This document shows, piece by piece, positions 30,420 through 42,417 of a stretch of DNA of 46,221 nucleotides. Position numbers and translations under genes: made by a program. Positions within the stretch are counted from its first letter, which is position 1; each line of letters begins with the position of its first letter. Below the pieces are notes generated by a model. It was not told the origin of the DNA, made no database searches, and saw only the letters and a program-made list of their open reading frames with translations. Origin of the DNA: Gammaproteobacteria bacterium. Its GTDB lineage: Bacteria; Pseudomonadota; Gammaproteobacteria; Steroidobacterales; MnTg04. The stretch lies in contig JAPUGL010000057.1 of NCBI GenBank assembly GCA_027292775.1, forward strand, positions 1 to 46,221, in the 5' to 3' direction.

Positions 30420-30863
30420 TCAGTCGCTCTCCTTGCTAACCCGCATAATGGCCGGTAGTGACCGTGGCTTCAGACTATCTGCATAAACGCAGGCCGCTTT
30501 TATACGACCGCTGCATAACAATTTGCCTTCTGCATCGTCCCGGCGGACTTGTTGCTCGAAAATCAAAGCGCTGCGGCCGCGCTCGATCATCGCGGAGCTG
30601 ACCCATAACTCGTCATCCAGCCTCGCCGGTTCGTGATAACCGATATTTGCATTGACCACCACGAACGCAAGATTCTCCCCGCTCTTCAGGTCTGCGTGGC
30701 TTATACCCATCGATCGTAGGTGATCGGTTCTCGCGCGCTCCATGAATTTCAGGTAATTCGCGTAATAGACAACGCCCGCGGCGTCTGTATCTTCATAGTA
30801 AACGCGAACTCGAATGGAAAAGGGATTTGCTTGTTCTGATTGCTCAGCAGGGTCCGCCATCAT
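30420..30863 (-). CDS. ybgC: Tol-Pal-associated acyl-CoA thioesterase
   Basis: RVYYEDTDAAGVVYYANYLKFMERART; upstream of tolQ. Confidence 0.95.
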   Translation of the reverse strand: MMADPAEQSEQANPFSIRVRVYYEDTDAAGVVYYANYLKFMERARTDHLRSMGISHADLKSGENLAFVVVNANIGYHEPARLDDELWVSSAMIERGRSALIFEQQVRRDDAEGKLLCSGRIKAACVYADSLKPRSLPAIMRVSKESD

Positions 30864-30874
30864 GCCAGGTTCCT

Positions 30875-31918
30875 TTATTTATCATCGAACAAGAGCAGGC
30901 TATCCGTGCGCTCTTTGGCTGGTGGCTCCAGACCGAAATGGCGATAGGCATTGGCGCTCGCCATCCGTCCGCGCGATGTGCGAATCAGGAAGCCCTGCTG
31001 AATAAGAAAAGGCTCAAGCACGTCCTCAATCGTACCCCTTTCTTCGCTCAAGGCAGCCGACAGGCTGTCAATTCCTACCGGACCCCCATCAAATTTTTCG
31101 ATAATCGTCAACAGCAGTTTGCGGTCCTGCAGATCGAATCCTTCCTGATCCACTGCCAGCATATCCATCGCCGCAATTGAAACATCCGCTGTGACGACAC
31201 CATCGGCCTCGACCTCGGCATAGTCCCGAACCCGTCTCAGCAGGCGATTGGCGATTCTGGGTGTCCCCCTGGACCGCGACGCAATCAGCTTCGCGCCCTG
31301 CTCCTCAATATCCAGATTCAAAATGCTGGCCGAGCGTTGCACGATACAAGCCAAATCATCGGCGCTGTAAAATTCCAGGCGCTGGACGATGCCGAATCGA
31401 TCCCTAAGCGGCGAAGTCAGCAGTCCAGCTCTGGTCGTTGCACCAACCAGTGTGAATGGCGGCAGGTCGAGCTTGATAGAACGCGCCGACGGGCCTTCGC
31501 CGATCATGATATCGAGCTGGAATTCCTCCAAAGCCGGATACAGCACTTCTTCGACGATCGGGCTCAGCCGGTGAATTTCGTCGACGAACAAAACGTCACG
31601 AGGCTCCAGATTGGTGAGCAAAGCCGCCAGATCTCCAGCGCGCTCCAGAACCGGGCCAGAGGTATGTCGCAGATTGACGTTGAGTTCATTGGCGATGACA
31701 TGCGCCAATGTCGTCTTGCCCAAACCGGGGGGACCGAATATAAGCACATGATCCATGGCCTGCTCGCGATTACGGGCAGCCCGGATAAATATATCCATCT
31801 GCTTCTTGACCGGTGCCTGACCGACGAATTCCTTTAGCAGGCGGGGACGAATCGCCCGGTCAAAAGCCTCGTCTTCGGGAGTGCCGCCGGTACTGATGAG
31901 TCTGTCTTGTTCCAGCAT
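30875..31918 (-). CDS. ruvB: Holliday junction branch migration helicase RuvB
   Basis: [47 protein letters not shown]. Confidence 0.98.
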   Translation of the reverse strand: MLEQDRLISTGGTPEDEAFDRAIRPRLLKEFVGQAPVKKQMDIFIRAARNREQAMDHVLIFGPPGLGKTTLAHVIANELNVNLRHTSGPVLERAGDLAALLTNLEPRDVLFVDEIHRLSPIVEEVLYPALEEFQLDIMIGEGPSARSIKLDLPPFTLVGATTRAGLLTSPLRDRFGIVQRLEFYSADDLACIVQRSASILNLDIEEQGAKLIASRSRGTPRIANRLLRRVRDYAEVEADGVVTADVSIAAMDMLAVDQEGFDLQDRKLLLTIIEKFDGGPVGIDSLSAALSEERGTIEDVLEPFLIQQGFLIRTSRGRMASANAYRHFGLEPPAKERTDSLLLFDDK

Positions 31919-31922
31919 AAGT

Positions 31923-32513
31923 TTATCGCGCAGCCTGTTTCAGAATCTGCCGAATCAGTTCCTTGGTATCCATGTCCGCACCATCGACACTGGCTATCAT
32001 ACGGGTGACCTCGGCCGGTTTGTATCCCAGCGCGACCAGCGCACCGAATGCCTCGTCAGCCGGTTCGCTGGTGACGGATCCGGATCTGCCTGCGCCCGGA
32101 ATATGGCCGAGACCTTGTAACCGGTCGCGCATTTCCATAATCAGCCGTTCCGCGGTCTTTTTACCGACCCCTGGAATCCTGATCAGCGTGCCTATGTCTT
32201 TTTCTTCAACACAACGAACGAAGCCGTCGACGCTGGTACCCGACAATATCGCCAGGGCCAGTCGCGCCCCAACGCCGGAGATTTTCAACAGGTTTCGAAA
32301 AAGACTGCGTTCAGCATCGCTGGCAAAACCGAACAGGACATGAGCATCTTCCCGCACCAGAAGATGCGTTTTCAAGGCGACTTCTTGGCCGGCTTCCGGT
32401 AATTCGTACAGGGTCGACAACGGCACCTCTATTTCGTATCCGATACCGGCGACATCCACCAATAGCAGCGGCGGTTTTTTCTCGACGAGTCGACCACGAA
32501 TGAAGCCAATCAT
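31923..32513 (-). CDS. ruvA: Holliday junction branch migration protein RuvA
   Basis: True start MIGFIRG at 32513; [35 protein letters not shown]. Confidence 0.97.
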   Translation of the reverse strand: MIGFIRGRLVEKKPPLLLVDVAGIGYEIEVPLSTLYELPEAGQEVALKTHLLVREDAHVLFGFASDAERSLFRNLLKISGVGARLALAILSGTSVDGFVRCVEEKDIGTLIRIPGVGKKTAERLIMEMRDRLQGLGHIPGAGRSGSVTSEPADEAFGALVALGYKPAEVTRMIASVDGADMDTKELIRQILKQAAR

Positions 32514-33022
32514 GCGTGCACCTGCGCCGCAGCGAGTCGAATGGCGCTGCCTCTCATGTTGGCATGACAAAGCGCCACGGCCAACGCATCGGCGGCGTCG
32601 CTCTGAATCTGGCCTTTGAGTTGTAACAGCACTCTGACCATGTGCTCGACCTGGACCTTTTCCGCCTTGCCTGTGCCCACGACGGATTGCTTGATTTGTC
32701 TGGGAGCATATTCGAAAACCGGCAGTTCAAGCGCAAATGTCGCACACATTGCTGCTGCTCTCGCCTGCCCCAGTTTTAACGCTGTCGCTGCGTTCTGGCT
32801 TACGAAAACGCCTTCGATCGCTACTTCGTGAGGCTGGTGTTTTCGGCTTACTTCACCGACTTGCAGATAGATTTCCCGCAGGCGATCGGCAAAATCGCCG
32901 GACGGTGTCCGGATGCACCCGGATGCGACATAGCTGTACCTGGTACCGTCGGCAACTATCAGGCCAAACCCGGTCACCTGTGAACCGGGGTCAATGCCCA
33001 GTATGCGAACACCGCCACTCAT
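32510..33022 (-). CDS. ruvC: Crossover junction endodeoxyribonuclease RuvC
   Basis: ILGIDPG, AIE.VF, KLGQAR, DAADALAVALCH; start placed at MSGGVR. Confidence 0.96.
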   Translation of the reverse strand: MSGGVRILGIDPGSQVTGFGLIVADGTRYSYVASGCIRTPSGDFADRLREIYLQVGEVSRKHQPHEVAIEGVFVSQNAATALKLGQARAAAMCATFALELPVFEYAPRQIKQSVVGTGKAEKVQVEHMVRVLLQLKGQIQSDAADALAVALCHANMRGSAIRLAAAQVHA

Positions 33023-33053
33023 TGTGGACGTCTTGACCGCTGCAGTTTCATGA

Positions 33054-33797
33054 TCATAGGCTCGCCAGGATTTCTTCCGAAATGTCCGCGTTGGAGTAGA
33101 CGTTCTGGACGTCATCCAGATCCTCGAGCACTTCAAGCAACTTGATCATCCGCATGGCATCTTTTTCGCCCAGTTCGGCGGATGTGCTGGCCCGGTGCGT
33201 TACTTCTGCCGATTCGGCTGCAAGACCGGCTGCCGCCAGTGCATCCCTGATCGACTCGAATTCCAGCGGGTCGGTGATCACATCAAACGAAGAATCATCA
33301 TTGCTGATGACATCCTCTGCTCCTGCCTCGAGCGCGACTTCCATGACCTGATCTTCATTGACGCCTCCCGGCAGGCTGATCTGGCCAACCTGATTGAACA
33401 GATAGGCAACCGACCCGTCCGCGCCCAGATTACCACCGTACTTGGTAAACGCATGCCTGACCTCGGCGACCGTCCGGTTACGATTGTCGGTCAGGCAATC
33501 CACGAGGACCGCGACCCCTCCGGGACCATATCCTTCATAACGAATCTCCTCGTAATCGGTACCGTCCGTATCACCACCACCGCGCTTGACCGCCCTCTCG
33601 ATATTGTCTTTGGGCATGCTTTGGCCCCTGGCTTTGTCAATCGCAGTTCGCAATCTCGGATTGGCATCCGGGTCAGGTCCACCCATCCGCGCAGATATCG
33701 TGATTTCACGTATCAGCTTTGTAAACAGCTTGCCGCGTTTCTTGTCCTGAGCTCCCTTACGATGCTGAATATTCGCCCACTTGCTGTGACCGGCCAT
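33054..33797 (-). CDS. yebC: YebC/PmpR family protein
   Basis: [34 protein letters not shown]. Confidence 0.97.
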   Translation of the reverse strand: MAGHSKWANIQHRKGAQDKKRGKLFTKLIREITISARMGGPDPDANPRLRTAIDKARGQSMPKDNIERAVKRGGGDTDGTDYEEIRYEGYGPGGVAVLVDCLTDNRNRTVAEVRHAFTKYGGNLGADGSVAYLFNQVGQISLPGGVNEDQVMEVALEAGAEDVISNDDSSFDVITDPLEFESIRDALAAAGLAAESAEVTHRASTSAELGEKDAMRMIKLLEVLEDLDDVQNVYSNADISEEILASL

Positions 33798-33805
33798 AGC
33801 GAGCC

Positions 33806-34363
33806 CTAAAACCTCATCTTGATGCCAATGTTCAGGCCGGTATCAAAATTCACGTTCGGAACCAGGTCATAAGCAACATGGATATTTCGAAAACCCAGGA
33901 AAAGCTCTGCATCATCTATCACCGAGTAATACAAGCGAAGCTCTATTTCCCGATATGTCTCGTTGTCGCCGAAAGTCAGGATATCGGGTGCGAAATACAA
34001 ATGCCCGTATAGCGTGAACCGGTTCGAGTTTGGAAAGGTGTAGGAAACGAAACCACCCGGCGCCACTGCGCCGCCATCGCGACCAAAGTTATCCGAATCG
34101 GCGTACACAAGCTTTACGCCCAGGCCTGCTTCGACCGGGCTCTGACCACTACTGGCGAAACCCGTCACGTTAACGCCCATACCGATCACTTCACCTTTGT
34201 CCTGGTGATGGAGCCAGGAAGCGTCTAATGCCAGGCGTTGCTGGCCCAGGTAAAAGCCGATCCCCAATTTGGCGGCGTCGTCATTCGCACTGATTTCAAG
34301 GATCTGCGAATTACTACCCAACGGCAACAGCAATAGACCCGCAAACAACAGAAAACCCCGCAT
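33806..34363 (-). CDS. YfaZ-like outer-membrane beta-barrel protein
   Basis: Signal peptide, amphipathic strands, [10 protein letters not shown] motif, C-terminal Phe (GIKMRF). Confidence 0.75.
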   Translation of the reverse strand: MRGFLLFAGLLLLPLGSNSQILEISANDDAAKLGIGFYLGQQRLALDASWLHHQDKGEVIGMGVNVTGFASSGQSPVEAGLGVKLVYADSDNFGRDGGAVAPGGFVSYTFPNSNRFTLYGHLYFAPDILTFGDNETYREIELRLYYSVIDDAELFLGFRNIHVAYDLVPNVNFDTGLNIGIKMRF

Positions 34364-34461
34364 TCAGAACCCCTTGGCGGTAAGATATTATGAAGCCGCA
34401 TATGATACCGGTATTCCCCCGGCCAAACACGAAAAAAGTACGCCCTTAAACGACCCGAAAA

Positions 34462-36579
34462 ATGTCCGAAAAACACGCAGAAACCTTTGCAGCCACGATG
34501 GTCTGGCTCGCGGACAAGCTGGCCGCAAAAGGCGAGACAGGCCAATCCTGCCTCGATCGAGCTGCCGCGGTTTCGGATACCGTGGCAGAGCTGAGCGAAG
34601 ACCAGGCGATAATCAGTGCGGCCGCCCTTTTCCCAGCCATTTCATCCGGCTGCCTGTCGCGTGACCAGGTTGAAGCCAAATTTGGCGTCTCCGTTGCCAG
34701 ACTGGCGGACCAGCTCGTTAAACTGGATCGCACCCGTATCCCGGGCGATATTCCGGAACATGGTGGGCTAGGCGGGGACCAGGCCGAGGCGCTCAGAAAA
34801 ATGTTGCTGACCGTCGTTAGCGATGTCCGGCTGGTGCTGGTTCGTCTGGCAGACCAGCTCTATCAAATGCGCACTTTGAAGAAATCGCCGGTCGCCGAGC
34901 AGCGTCGTGCGGCGACAGAAACGCGGATCGTTTTCGCCCCTTTAGCCAACCGCCTGGGAATTTGGCAACTGAAATGGGAACTTGAGGATCTGGCGTTTCG
35001 CTATCTCGAACCCGAGCACTATCGCCGGATAGCACGTGACCTCCGGGAACGACGAAAAGATCGCGAGACATATATTGGGCGTATACAGACTTTGTTACAT
35101 AAAGAACTGGAAAAAGTGGGAGTCAGGGCAGAAATCAGCGGCCGGCCAAAGCACATCTACAGCATCTGGCGGAAAATGCAGTGCAAGAACCTTGCCTTCG
35201 AACAGGTGTTTGATATCCGGGCGATCCGCATCATGGTAGACAGCGTAGCCGATTGTTACGCTGCGTTGGGCATCGTGCACGGCATCTGGCCATACATTCA
35301 GGGCGAATTTGACGATTACATCGCAACGCCAAAAGAAAATCTGTATCAGTCGCTGCATACGGCGGTCAATGGCCCACACGGCAAACCGCTGGAGATTCAG
35401 ATCCGTACGGCGGAAATGCATCAGCATGCCGAGCTTGGTGTGGCCGCACATTGGCAGTACAAGGAAGGTGGCAAACGTGACAGCGCTTTTGAACAGAAAG
35501 TTGTCTGGCTGCGCCGTTTGCTGGAGCCGGTTAAGAACGACACAAGCGACGAAGATTTTCTGAGTCGCGTACAAAGCGAAATATTCGAAGACCGAATCTA
35601 TGTCATCAGCCCACGCGGCGATGTTGTCGATCTGCCGATGGGCGGCACGCCACTGGATTTTGCCTACCACATACACACCGATATCGGACATTGCTGCCGG
35701 GGCGCCAAGGTCAACGGGAAGATGGTTCCATTAACCTACAAACTGGCCAATGGCCAGCAGGTCGAGATTTTGACCGGCAAGGAACCCAGGCCCAGCCGTG
35801 ACTGGCTGATTACGCAACTCGGATTTCTGGCTTCATCACGCGCCCGGGTCAAGGTTCGTAGCTGGTTCAGGCGACAGGACAAGGAACAAAATCTTCGACA
35901 GGGCCGCGCAATGCTGGACCGGGAACTGTCGCGGTTGGGATACAAGAAATTCGAGCACGAAAAACTGTCCCGGTTGTTGCATTTTGGTACCCCGGACGAG
36001 ATGTACATTGCGCTGGGCACCGGTGAAATAACCGTTATGGCCGTTGCCGGTGCGATCCAGAGATTCGAACAACCGGCAGAAAAATTTACGCCGAAAGCGC
36101 GGAAAACCCAGCCTAGTACTCGTACAGGTAAAGGAAAGGTGAGCATTCAGGGTGTTGGCGATCTGATGACAGGATTCGGACGCTGTTGTCAGCCCGTTCC
36201 CCCGGAGCAGATTCGTGGATACCTGACCCAGGGACGAGGGGTCACGATCCACCGGGACGATTGTGGCAATCTCCTGCGTTTACTGGCGAAGCGGCCGGAG
36301 CGAGTCCTCGACGTATCCTGGACCAGCACAGAGGAGGACCTTTATCCTGCCAGCATCAGCGTTCGGGCTTATGACCGGGCGGGACTCGTCAAGGATGTAA
36401 CGACATTACTGGCCGATGAAAAAATTCGCATTTTCAGCCTGGACACTTTGACTGATTCAGTACACAACACCGCCGAAATTCGATTGGGCATAGAAGTCAA
36501 CGGCCTGGACAAGCTCAGCCGTGTTTTGCACCGCCTGACATCCCTGGCCAATGTCGTTAGCGCAAAAAGAAACCCCTGA
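34462..36579 (+). CDS. relA: (p)ppGpp synthetase RelA
   Basis: Degenerate HD (AALFP in place of LHD), APLANRLGIWQLKWELED, RPKHIYSI, EFDDY (EXDD), TGS, CC..HR..C zinc finger, ACT. Confidence 0.96.
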   Translation: MSEKHAETFAATMVWLADKLAAKGETGQSCLDRAAAVSDTVAELSEDQAIISAAALFPAISSGCLSRDQVEAKFGVSVARLADQLVKLDRTRIPGDIPEHGGLGGDQAEALRKMLLTVVSDVRLVLVRLADQLYQMRTLKKSPVAEQRRAATETRIVFAPLANRLGIWQLKWELEDLAFRYLEPEHYRRIARDLRERRKDRETYIGRIQTLLHKELEKVGVRAEISGRPKHIYSIWRKMQCKNLAFEQVFDIRAIRIMVDSVADCYAALGIVHGIWPYIQGEFDDYIATPKENLYQSLHTAVNGPHGKPLEIQIRTAEMHQHAELGVAAHWQYKEGGKRDSAFEQKVVWLRRLLEPVKNDTSDEDFLSRVQSEIFEDRIYVISPRGDVVDLPMGGTPLDFAYHIHTDIGHCCRGAKVNGKMVPLTYKLANGQQVEILTGKEPRPSRDWLITQLGFLASSRARVKVRSWFRRQDKEQNLRQGRAMLDRELSRLGYKKFEHEKLSRLLHFGTPDEMYIALGTGEITVMAVAGAIQRFEQPAEKFTPKARKTQPSTRTGKGKVSIQGVGDLMTGFGRCCQPVPPEQIRGYLTQGRGVTIHRDDCGNLLRLLAKRPERVLDVSWTSTEEDLYPASISVRAYDRAGLVKDVTTLLADEKIRIFSLDTLTDSVHNTAEIRLGIEVNGLDKLSRVLHRLTSLANVVSAKRNP

Positions 36580-36582
36580 GGT

Positions 36583-36741
36583 GAAAGCTCTGATCTATAC
36601 ATGAACTCGTATCCTGCGTCCAAAATATCCAGCTTCAGCGTTGCAAAGCTTCTCAATAGCTAGCTATTACGTGCACTTCGCGCCTTGAATCTGAACATTT
36701 CGGATCACAATCTACTTCCCCATGTATAGACCAGAGCTTTC
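36583..36741. mobile_element. MITE/ERIC-like fold-back element between the convergent relA and lpdA genes
   Basis: TIRs gaaagctctgatctatacatg (36583-36603) / catgtatagaccagagctttc (36721-36741), 20/21 match; apex aatagc-ta-gctatt; minus-strand internal stem tccgaaatgttcag/ctggatattttgga pairs fully using G-U. Confidence 0.8.
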
Positions 36742-38169
36742 TCATTTATTGATCGCGTGGATCGCCCTATCATCCGCCGCCAGGGCCGCTTCGTGTAGCG
36801 CCTCGGACAGAGTCGGATGACCGTGTATTGTCCGTTGAAGATCTTCGGCGCTGGCTGAAAACTCCATCGCCAGGACCGCCTCCGCAATAAGCTCGCCGGC
36901 CATCGGACCAGCGATATGTACACCGAGTATTTCGTCGTCATTTCGCGCGGCGATGATTTTTACCAGGCCCGCAGCCATCTCCATCGCTTTCGCCCGGCCG
37001 TTTGCTGCAAATGAAAAAGTGCCGACCTTGTAGGCTCGCCCGCTTTTTTTGACTTCTTCCTCGGTCTTGCCAACCCAGGCAATTTCTGGGGCCGTGTAAA
37101 TAACAGACGGGATGGTGTTGTAATTGACTTCGCTGATTTCGCCGGCAATCAGGTCGGCGACCATTACGCCCTCTTCGGATCCTTTGTGCGCGAGCATGGG
37201 GCCGCGGACCAGATCGCCGATCGCCCATACATTGGCGACATTCGTGCGGCATTCATCGTCCACTTCGACAAACCCGCGTGAGTCGGTCTTCACGCCACAA
37301 TCCTTCTCGAACAAATCAACGCTGTTAGCCTTGCGACCGACGCAAACAATCACCTTGTCGACTTCGACGTGGTGTTCGCCCTTATTATCGACATAAGACA
37401 ATTTTATTCCTGACTTACCGTGTTTAGCGCCGTTGACTTTCGCACCGAGGCGAATGTCCAGGCCCTGCCGTTTGAACTGACGTTGCGTGTCCTTGGCGAT
37501 CTGCCGGTCAATCATGAACAGAAAATCGTCCATCGCTTCGAGCACGACCACCTCGGCGCCCAGGCGCTGCCAGACACTACCAAGTTCCAGCCCGATTACG
37601 CCGCCACCGATTACACCTAACCGCCTTGGTACGGCGTCAAACTCCAGCGCACCCCAGGAATCGACCGTGTTCTCGTCATCGAAAGGAACCTGCTTGAGTT
37701 CCATCGGAACCGAGCCCGAGGCTAGAATTACGTTTTTACCGCTCAGAATTTCTGCCTTGCCGCCGTGTGGCGTGAATTCTACTTTGAGATTTTTCAGCAA
37801 GCGGCCACGACCCTGCATTCCTGTGACCTTATTCGCTTTGAACAGCGCAGCGATACCACCAGTCAGCTGTTTCACGATGCCTGCCTTACGCTGCTGCATC
37901 CTGGCCAGGTCGACCTTGATCGGGCCAGTGCCTATGCCATGGGCTGCAAATTCGTGTTTGGCCCTGTGTACCAACTCCGATGATTCCAGAAGCGCCTTTG
38001 ATGGTATACAGCCGGCGTTCAGACAAGTGCCGCCATAGGACAGGCTGCCGTCGCGGTTCTTCCAGTCGTCTACGCAGGCAACCGTCATGCCAAGCTGGGC
38101 CGCCCGAATGGCAGCGACATAGCCGGCCGGACCGGCGCCAATAACGACAACGTCAAAATTCTTGCTCAT
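36742..38169 (-). CDS. lpdA: Dihydrolipoyl dehydrogenase (E3)
   Basis: GAGPAGY, GGTCLNAGCIPSK, GGGVIGLE, MLAHK, HPTLSE; ATG at 38169 after AGGGGAG. Confidence 0.97.
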   Translation of the reverse strand: MSKNFDVVVIGAGPAGYVAAIRAAQLGMTVACVDDWKNRDGSLSYGGTCLNAGCIPSKALLESSELVHRAKHEFAAHGIGTGPIKVDLARMQQRKAGIVKQLTGGIAALFKANKVTGMQGRGRLLKNLKVEFTPHGGKAEILSGKNVILASGSVPMELKQVPFDDENTVDSWGALEFDAVPRRLGVIGGGVIGLELGSVWQRLGAEVVVLEAMDDFLFMIDRQIAKDTQRQFKRQGLDIRLGAKVNGAKHGKSGIKLSYVDNKGEHHVEVDKVIVCVGRKANSVDLFEKDCGVKTDSRGFVEVDDECRTNVANVWAIGDLVRGPMLAHKGSEEGVMVADLIAGEISEVNYNTIPSVIYTAPEIAWVGKTEEEVKKSGRAYKVGTFSFAANGRAKAMEMAAGLVKIIAARNDDEILGVHIAGPMAGELIAEAVLAMEFSASAEDLQRTIHGHPTLSEALHEAALAADDRAIHAINK

Positions 38170-38203
38170 GCTCTCCCCTTGCTCGGAATCGAATCGCGCC
38201 AAA

Positions 38204-39406
38204 CTAAATCTGCAGCATTAATCTGGCTGGGTCTTCCAGCGTTTCCTTGATGCTGACCAAGAACTGCACCGCTTCCCTTCCATCAATGATCCGGTGGTCA
38301 TAGGTCAGTGCTATATACATCATCGGCCGCACGACAATTTCCCCGTCAACTGCGACTGGCCTGTCCTTGATCGCATGCATGCCAAGTATGGCGCTCTGCG
38401 GCATATTGAGAATCGGTGTCGACATCAGCGAGCCAAACACGCCGCCATTGGTGATCGTAAAGGTGCCGCCTGTCAGGTCCTCGATGGTTATGTTTCCGTC
38501 TCGCGCGCGACCGGCGAAACCGACGATGGCTTTTTCAATACCCGCGTAACTAAGCAGATCCACATCACGCAGGATCGGCACCATCAGGCCGCGATCCGTC
38601 GAGACCGCAACGCCGATGTCATAGTAGTCGTGGTAAATGATGTCGCTGCCTTCGACCGATGCGTTCACCGACGGAAACTTTTTCAGCGCTTCGACAGACG
38701 CCTTGGCGAAAAAGGACATGAAACCAAGCCGCACGCCATATTTCTTCTCAAAATTTCCCTGGTATCGTTGCCGCAACTCCTTCACGGCACTCAGATCCAC
38801 TTCGTTGAACGAAGTCAACATCGCGGCCGTACTTTGCGCCTCCACCATTCTGTCGGCGATACGCGAGCGCAGCCGCGTCATCGGTACGCGACGATCCTGT
38901 CGGGACCCGGAGGGCTCAGCCGGTGATGTCACGGCCGTCGGTCTTTCATCCGCAGACTCCGAGCTACTTTCAACATACTTCATGACGTCCGACTTGCTGA
39001 TCCGCCCGCCCCGGCCGCTTCCGGTGATCTCACCCGGATCTATATCGCGCTCTTCGAGCAGACGTCTGACCGAAGGGCTGAGTTTATGCGCTGATTTTTG
39101 TTGTTGTTCTGATCCGACCGATCCACTGGCTGCTTCAGAAACGGGCTTTTCGACCGCGGCCACGACCGCGCCCTCTTCGATGATCGCGAGCACCTCACCA
39201 CTAACAACAGTCGCGCCATCTTCTTTCACGATTTTTTTCAATACACCCGCTACGGGCGCTGGCACCTCGAGAACCACTTTGTCGGTTTCCAGGTCGACCA
39301 GGTTTTCGTCACGCTGCACCGAATCGCCCAGCTTTTTATGCCAGTTCACCAAGGTCGCGTCGGCGATCGATTCGGGTAAATGGGGGACTTTGACTTCTTT
39401 AATCAT
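38204..39406 (-). CDS. sucB: 2-oxoglutarate dehydrogenase E2 (dihydrolipoyl succinyltransferase)
   Basis: Lipoyl ETDKV, E3-binding [30 protein letters not shown]; true start MIKEVK at 39406. Confidence 0.97.
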   Translation of the reverse strand: MIKEVKVPHLPESIADATLVNWHKKLGDSVQRDENLVDLETDKVVLEVPAPVAGVLKKIVKEDGATVVSGEVLAIIEEGAVVAAVEKPVSEAASGSVGSEQQQKSAHKLSPSVRRLLEERDIDPGEITGSGRGGRISKSDVMKYVESSSESADERPTAVTSPAEPSGSRQDRRVPMTRLRSRIADRMVEAQSTAAMLTSFNEVDLSAVKELRQRYQGNFEKKYGVRLGFMSFFAKASVEALKKFPSVNASVEGSDIIYHDYYDIGVAVSTDRGLMVPILRDVDLLSYAGIEKAIVGFAGRARDGNITIEDLTGGTFTITNGGVFGSLMSTPILNMPQSAILGMHAIKDRPVAVDGEIVVRPMMYIALTYDHRIIDGREAVQFLVSIKETLEDPARLMLQI

Positions 39407-42281
39407 GCTTTTTCCTGGCGGTCGTCGGATTCCTACCCGCTCGTTTTGCTGATTTACCCGTGGATTGATTGTCATCCAGCGCCAGGGCATCAGCAATCAA
39501 CGCCCGCTGTTGTTTTACGTGCAGTGCAAATATACCCGATGCCGGGGCAGCCGCTGCGTCTGGGCCGGCATACGACAGCATGTGGACGGATCGATCAAGC
39601 GGCTTCTGCATGCGATGCCTGATTTGATACCAGGCGCCCTGGTTTTTTGGCTCTTCCTGACACCAGATTATTTCCCTGGCCTTTGGCCAGCCTGCAACAG
39701 CGGCTTGGTACTCTTCCACCGGAAACGGATAAAGTTGCTCGATCCGCACAATCGCCACGTTTTCCAAATGGTTTTCGTCGCGAGCGCCAATGAGATCGAA
39801 ATAAATCTTGCCGCTGCAGAAAACGACCCGATCGACTGTATCTCGACTGATTGAATTTGAATCATCTATAACCTTCTGAAAACTCCCACGAGACAGATCT
39901 TCTATCGTCGATACCGACAACTTGTGCCGCAACAAGCTTTTCGGTGTCATGACGATCAGCGGAACGCGCTGCGGATTGATCATCTGCCTTCTCAGCATAT
40001 GAAACATCTGTGCCGGGTTCGATGGCACACACACCTGCATATTGTGTTCCGCACAGAGTTGCAGGAACCGCTCGAGCCGCGCGGAGGAATGCTCCGGTCC
40101 CTGGCCTTCATAACCATGCGGAAGGAAAAGCGTCAGACCGCATAGGCGGCCCCATTTCGCCTCGCCGGAGCTGATGAACTGATCGATAAGTACCTGCGCA
40201 CCATTGGCAAAGTCGCCAAACTGTCCTTCCCAGATTACCAGTGCATTGGGCTCGGTAGTCGCAAAGCCATACTCGAACCCCATGACCGCTTCTTCCGACA
40301 GCAATGAATCGGTAATCGTGAATCTGCCCTGGCCGGCCGACAGGTTTTCCAGTGGCACATAGATTTCCTGATCCGATTGATTGTGCAGCACCGCGTGGCG
40401 GTGGAAGAAAGTTCCGCGCGCACTGTCCTGGCCGGTCAGCCTGACTTCGTAACCTTCTTCGAGCAGGCTCGCATAGGCAATAGTCTCTGCGAAGCCCCAG
40501 TCGATAGGGATTTCGCCGGCCGCCATTTTCTCACGGCTTTCCAGGATCCGCTGTACCCTGGGATGGACGGTAACATTCGCGGGAAGATCGAGTAGCCTAG
40601 CCGAATATTTCCTCAGCTTTCGTTTGCTGACTGCAGTTTTTGCTTTTGGAGAGGTAGTGCCATTTTGATACCGGGTCCAGTCAACGGTAAATTCGTTGCC
40701 ACCCGTGCCTAGCAATTTGCGTGGCAACGGATGGCCTTCCTCCAGGTCTTGCCTGTACTGCTCGATCATCTGATCGGATTCGGCCTGAGTAAGCACCGAC
40801 TCGCGGATCAGTTTGTCTGCATACAACTGTCTTGTGGTCGGGTGTTTTCTGATCGCCGCGTACATTTGCGGTTGAGTAACGGCCGGTTCATCCGCCTCGT
40901 TATGCCCCAGACGGCGATAGCAGACCAGGTCGATAACGACGTCTTTACCAAATTCCTGCCGGTAGCGCAGCGCCAGCCTGGTCGCCAGAATCACCGCTTC
41001 GGGGTCGTCGGCGTTGACATGGAAGACAGGCGCCTCGATCATTTTCGCGACATCGCTGCAGTAAAGTGTCGAGCGGACGTCTGCTGGATCGCTGGTCGTG
41101 AATCCAATCTGGTTGTTACACACGATATGTATGGTTCCACCAACTGCAAACCCCCGCGCCTGCGACATCTGCAAGGTTTCCATCACGACGCCCTGGCCGG
41201 CGAAAGCCGCATCACCGTGAATCAGTACCGGCACGACTCGCTCATGATCCCCATCCCCACGACGATGCTGTCTGGCCCTGACCGAGCCGACAACGACCGG
41301 ATTAACAATCTCCAGGTGCGAGGGGTTGAATGCGAGCACGATGTGAACGTCGCCGCCCGGCGTGTGCATGTTGGATGAGAATCCCTTGTGATACTTGACG
41401 TCGCCAGAGCCTTTCAGCTGCGTCAGGTCGTAGTCGCCCTCGAATTCTGAAAACAGTTCGGACGGCGCCTTGCCGAGGATGTTCACCAGTACATTGATTC
41501 GACCACGGTGAGCCATGCCAACGACAAGCTCCTTGACGCCCGTGGTGCCACCTTGCTGTATCAGATCCTCAAGCAGCAAAATCATGCTTTCGCCGCCTTC
41601 CAGCGAAAATCTTTTCTGGCCGACAAAGCGTGTATGCAGGTATCGCTCCATACCTTCGGCCGCGGTCAGTTGATAAAGTGCGTCACGCTTTTCAGCGGGC
41701 GTCAGTTTCTGCCCGACAACCGCCAATTCGTATTCCCTTTGCAACCAGAGCCGCTCAGTCGACCGGGAAACATGGGCAAATTCGACCCCTATTTTCCCGC
41801 AATAGACTTTCTGCAACAGATCGATGATATTTCTCAGCGTCATCGGACCGGAGGCCGAGGCCAGTCCTTCGGGTTGGAAAACCCGGACCAGATCGGCCTC
41901 TCCCAGTCCAAAATATTCGAGATTGAGAACCTGCGGCGTCGGCCGCTCCAGCAAACCCAGCGGATCTATATCGGCGATCAGGTGCCCACGGGCTGCGTAG
42001 ACCTGAATAAGCCGGGATACCAGGCCCTGATGCGTCTCGGAAATAGAAACTGGCTGGGCGAGCCGCGATACACGTACTGACATCGCCTTTTGCGCCAGCT
42101 CTTTTTCGATTGGCCGACGTGGTACTTGCCCGTTGCCGTCGAATTGGTCGAACCATTCAGCCCAGTGGCCGGGCACCGAGGAACGGTCCGCGAGGAACTG
42201 CTCGAACAAGCCTTCGACCAGCGGCGCATTGCCGCCGGACAAGGGTGTAGTCTGGTATTTTTTTTCCAGCGTGTTGCTCAT
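39399..42281 (-). CDS. sucA: 2-oxoglutarate dehydrogenase E1
   Basis: [54 protein letters not shown]. Confidence 0.98.
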   Translation of the reverse strand: MSNTLEKKYQTTPLSGGNAPLVEGLFEQFLADRSSVPGHWAEWFDQFDGNGQVPRRPIEKELAQKAMSVRVSRLAQPVSISETHQGLVSRLIQVYAARGHLIADIDPLGLLERPTPQVLNLEYFGLGEADLVRVFQPEGLASASGPMTLRNIIDLLQKVYCGKIGVEFAHVSRSTERLWLQREYELAVVGQKLTPAEKRDALYQLTAAEGMERYLHTRFVGQKRFSLEGGESMILLLEDLIQQGGTTGVKELVVGMAHRGRINVLVNILGKAPSELFSEFEGDYDLTQLKGSGDVKYHKGFSSNMHTPGGDVHIVLAFNPSHLEIVNPVVVGSVRARQHRRGDGDHERVVPVLIHGDAAFAGQGVVMETLQMSQARGFAVGGTIHIVCNNQIGFTTSDPADVRSTLYCSDVAKMIEAPVFHVNADDPEAVILATRLALRYRQEFGKDVVIDLVCYRRLGHNEADEPAVTQPQMYAAIRKHPTTRQLYADKLIRESVLTQAESDQMIEQYRQDLEEGHPLPRKLLGTGGNEFTVDWTRYQNGTTSPKAKTAVSKRKLRKYSARLLDLPANVTVHPRVQRILESREKMAAGEIPIDWGFAETIAYASLLEEGYEVRLTGQDSARGTFFHRHAVLHNQSDQEIYVPLENLSAGQGRFTITDSLLSEEAVMGFEYGFATTEPNALVIWEGQFGDFANGAQVLIDQFISSGEAKWGRLCGLTLFLPHGYEGQGPEHSSARLERFLQLCAEHNMQVCVPSNPAQMFHMLRRQMINPQRVPLIVMTPKSLLRHKLSVSTIEDLSRGSFQKVIDDSNSISRDTVDRVVFCSGKIYFDLIGARDENHLENVAIVRIEQLYPFPVEEYQAAVAGWPKAREIIWCQEEPKNQGAWYQIRHRMQKPLDRSVHMLSYAGPDAAAAPASGIFALHVKQQRALIADALALDDNQSTGKSAKRAGRNPTTARKKHD

Positions 42282-42417
42282 TATTCTTCAGGTAAGTCGT
42301 TGCTTGTACTGGCAAACCGGGCTCGCTTGAGCGAGCCGCGCATTCTATCGCAAGCGTGAAAAATAAGAAATGAGCCCTGGCCTGGTAGCCCCTGGCTGGG
42401 ACGACCTCAGTGAATCA

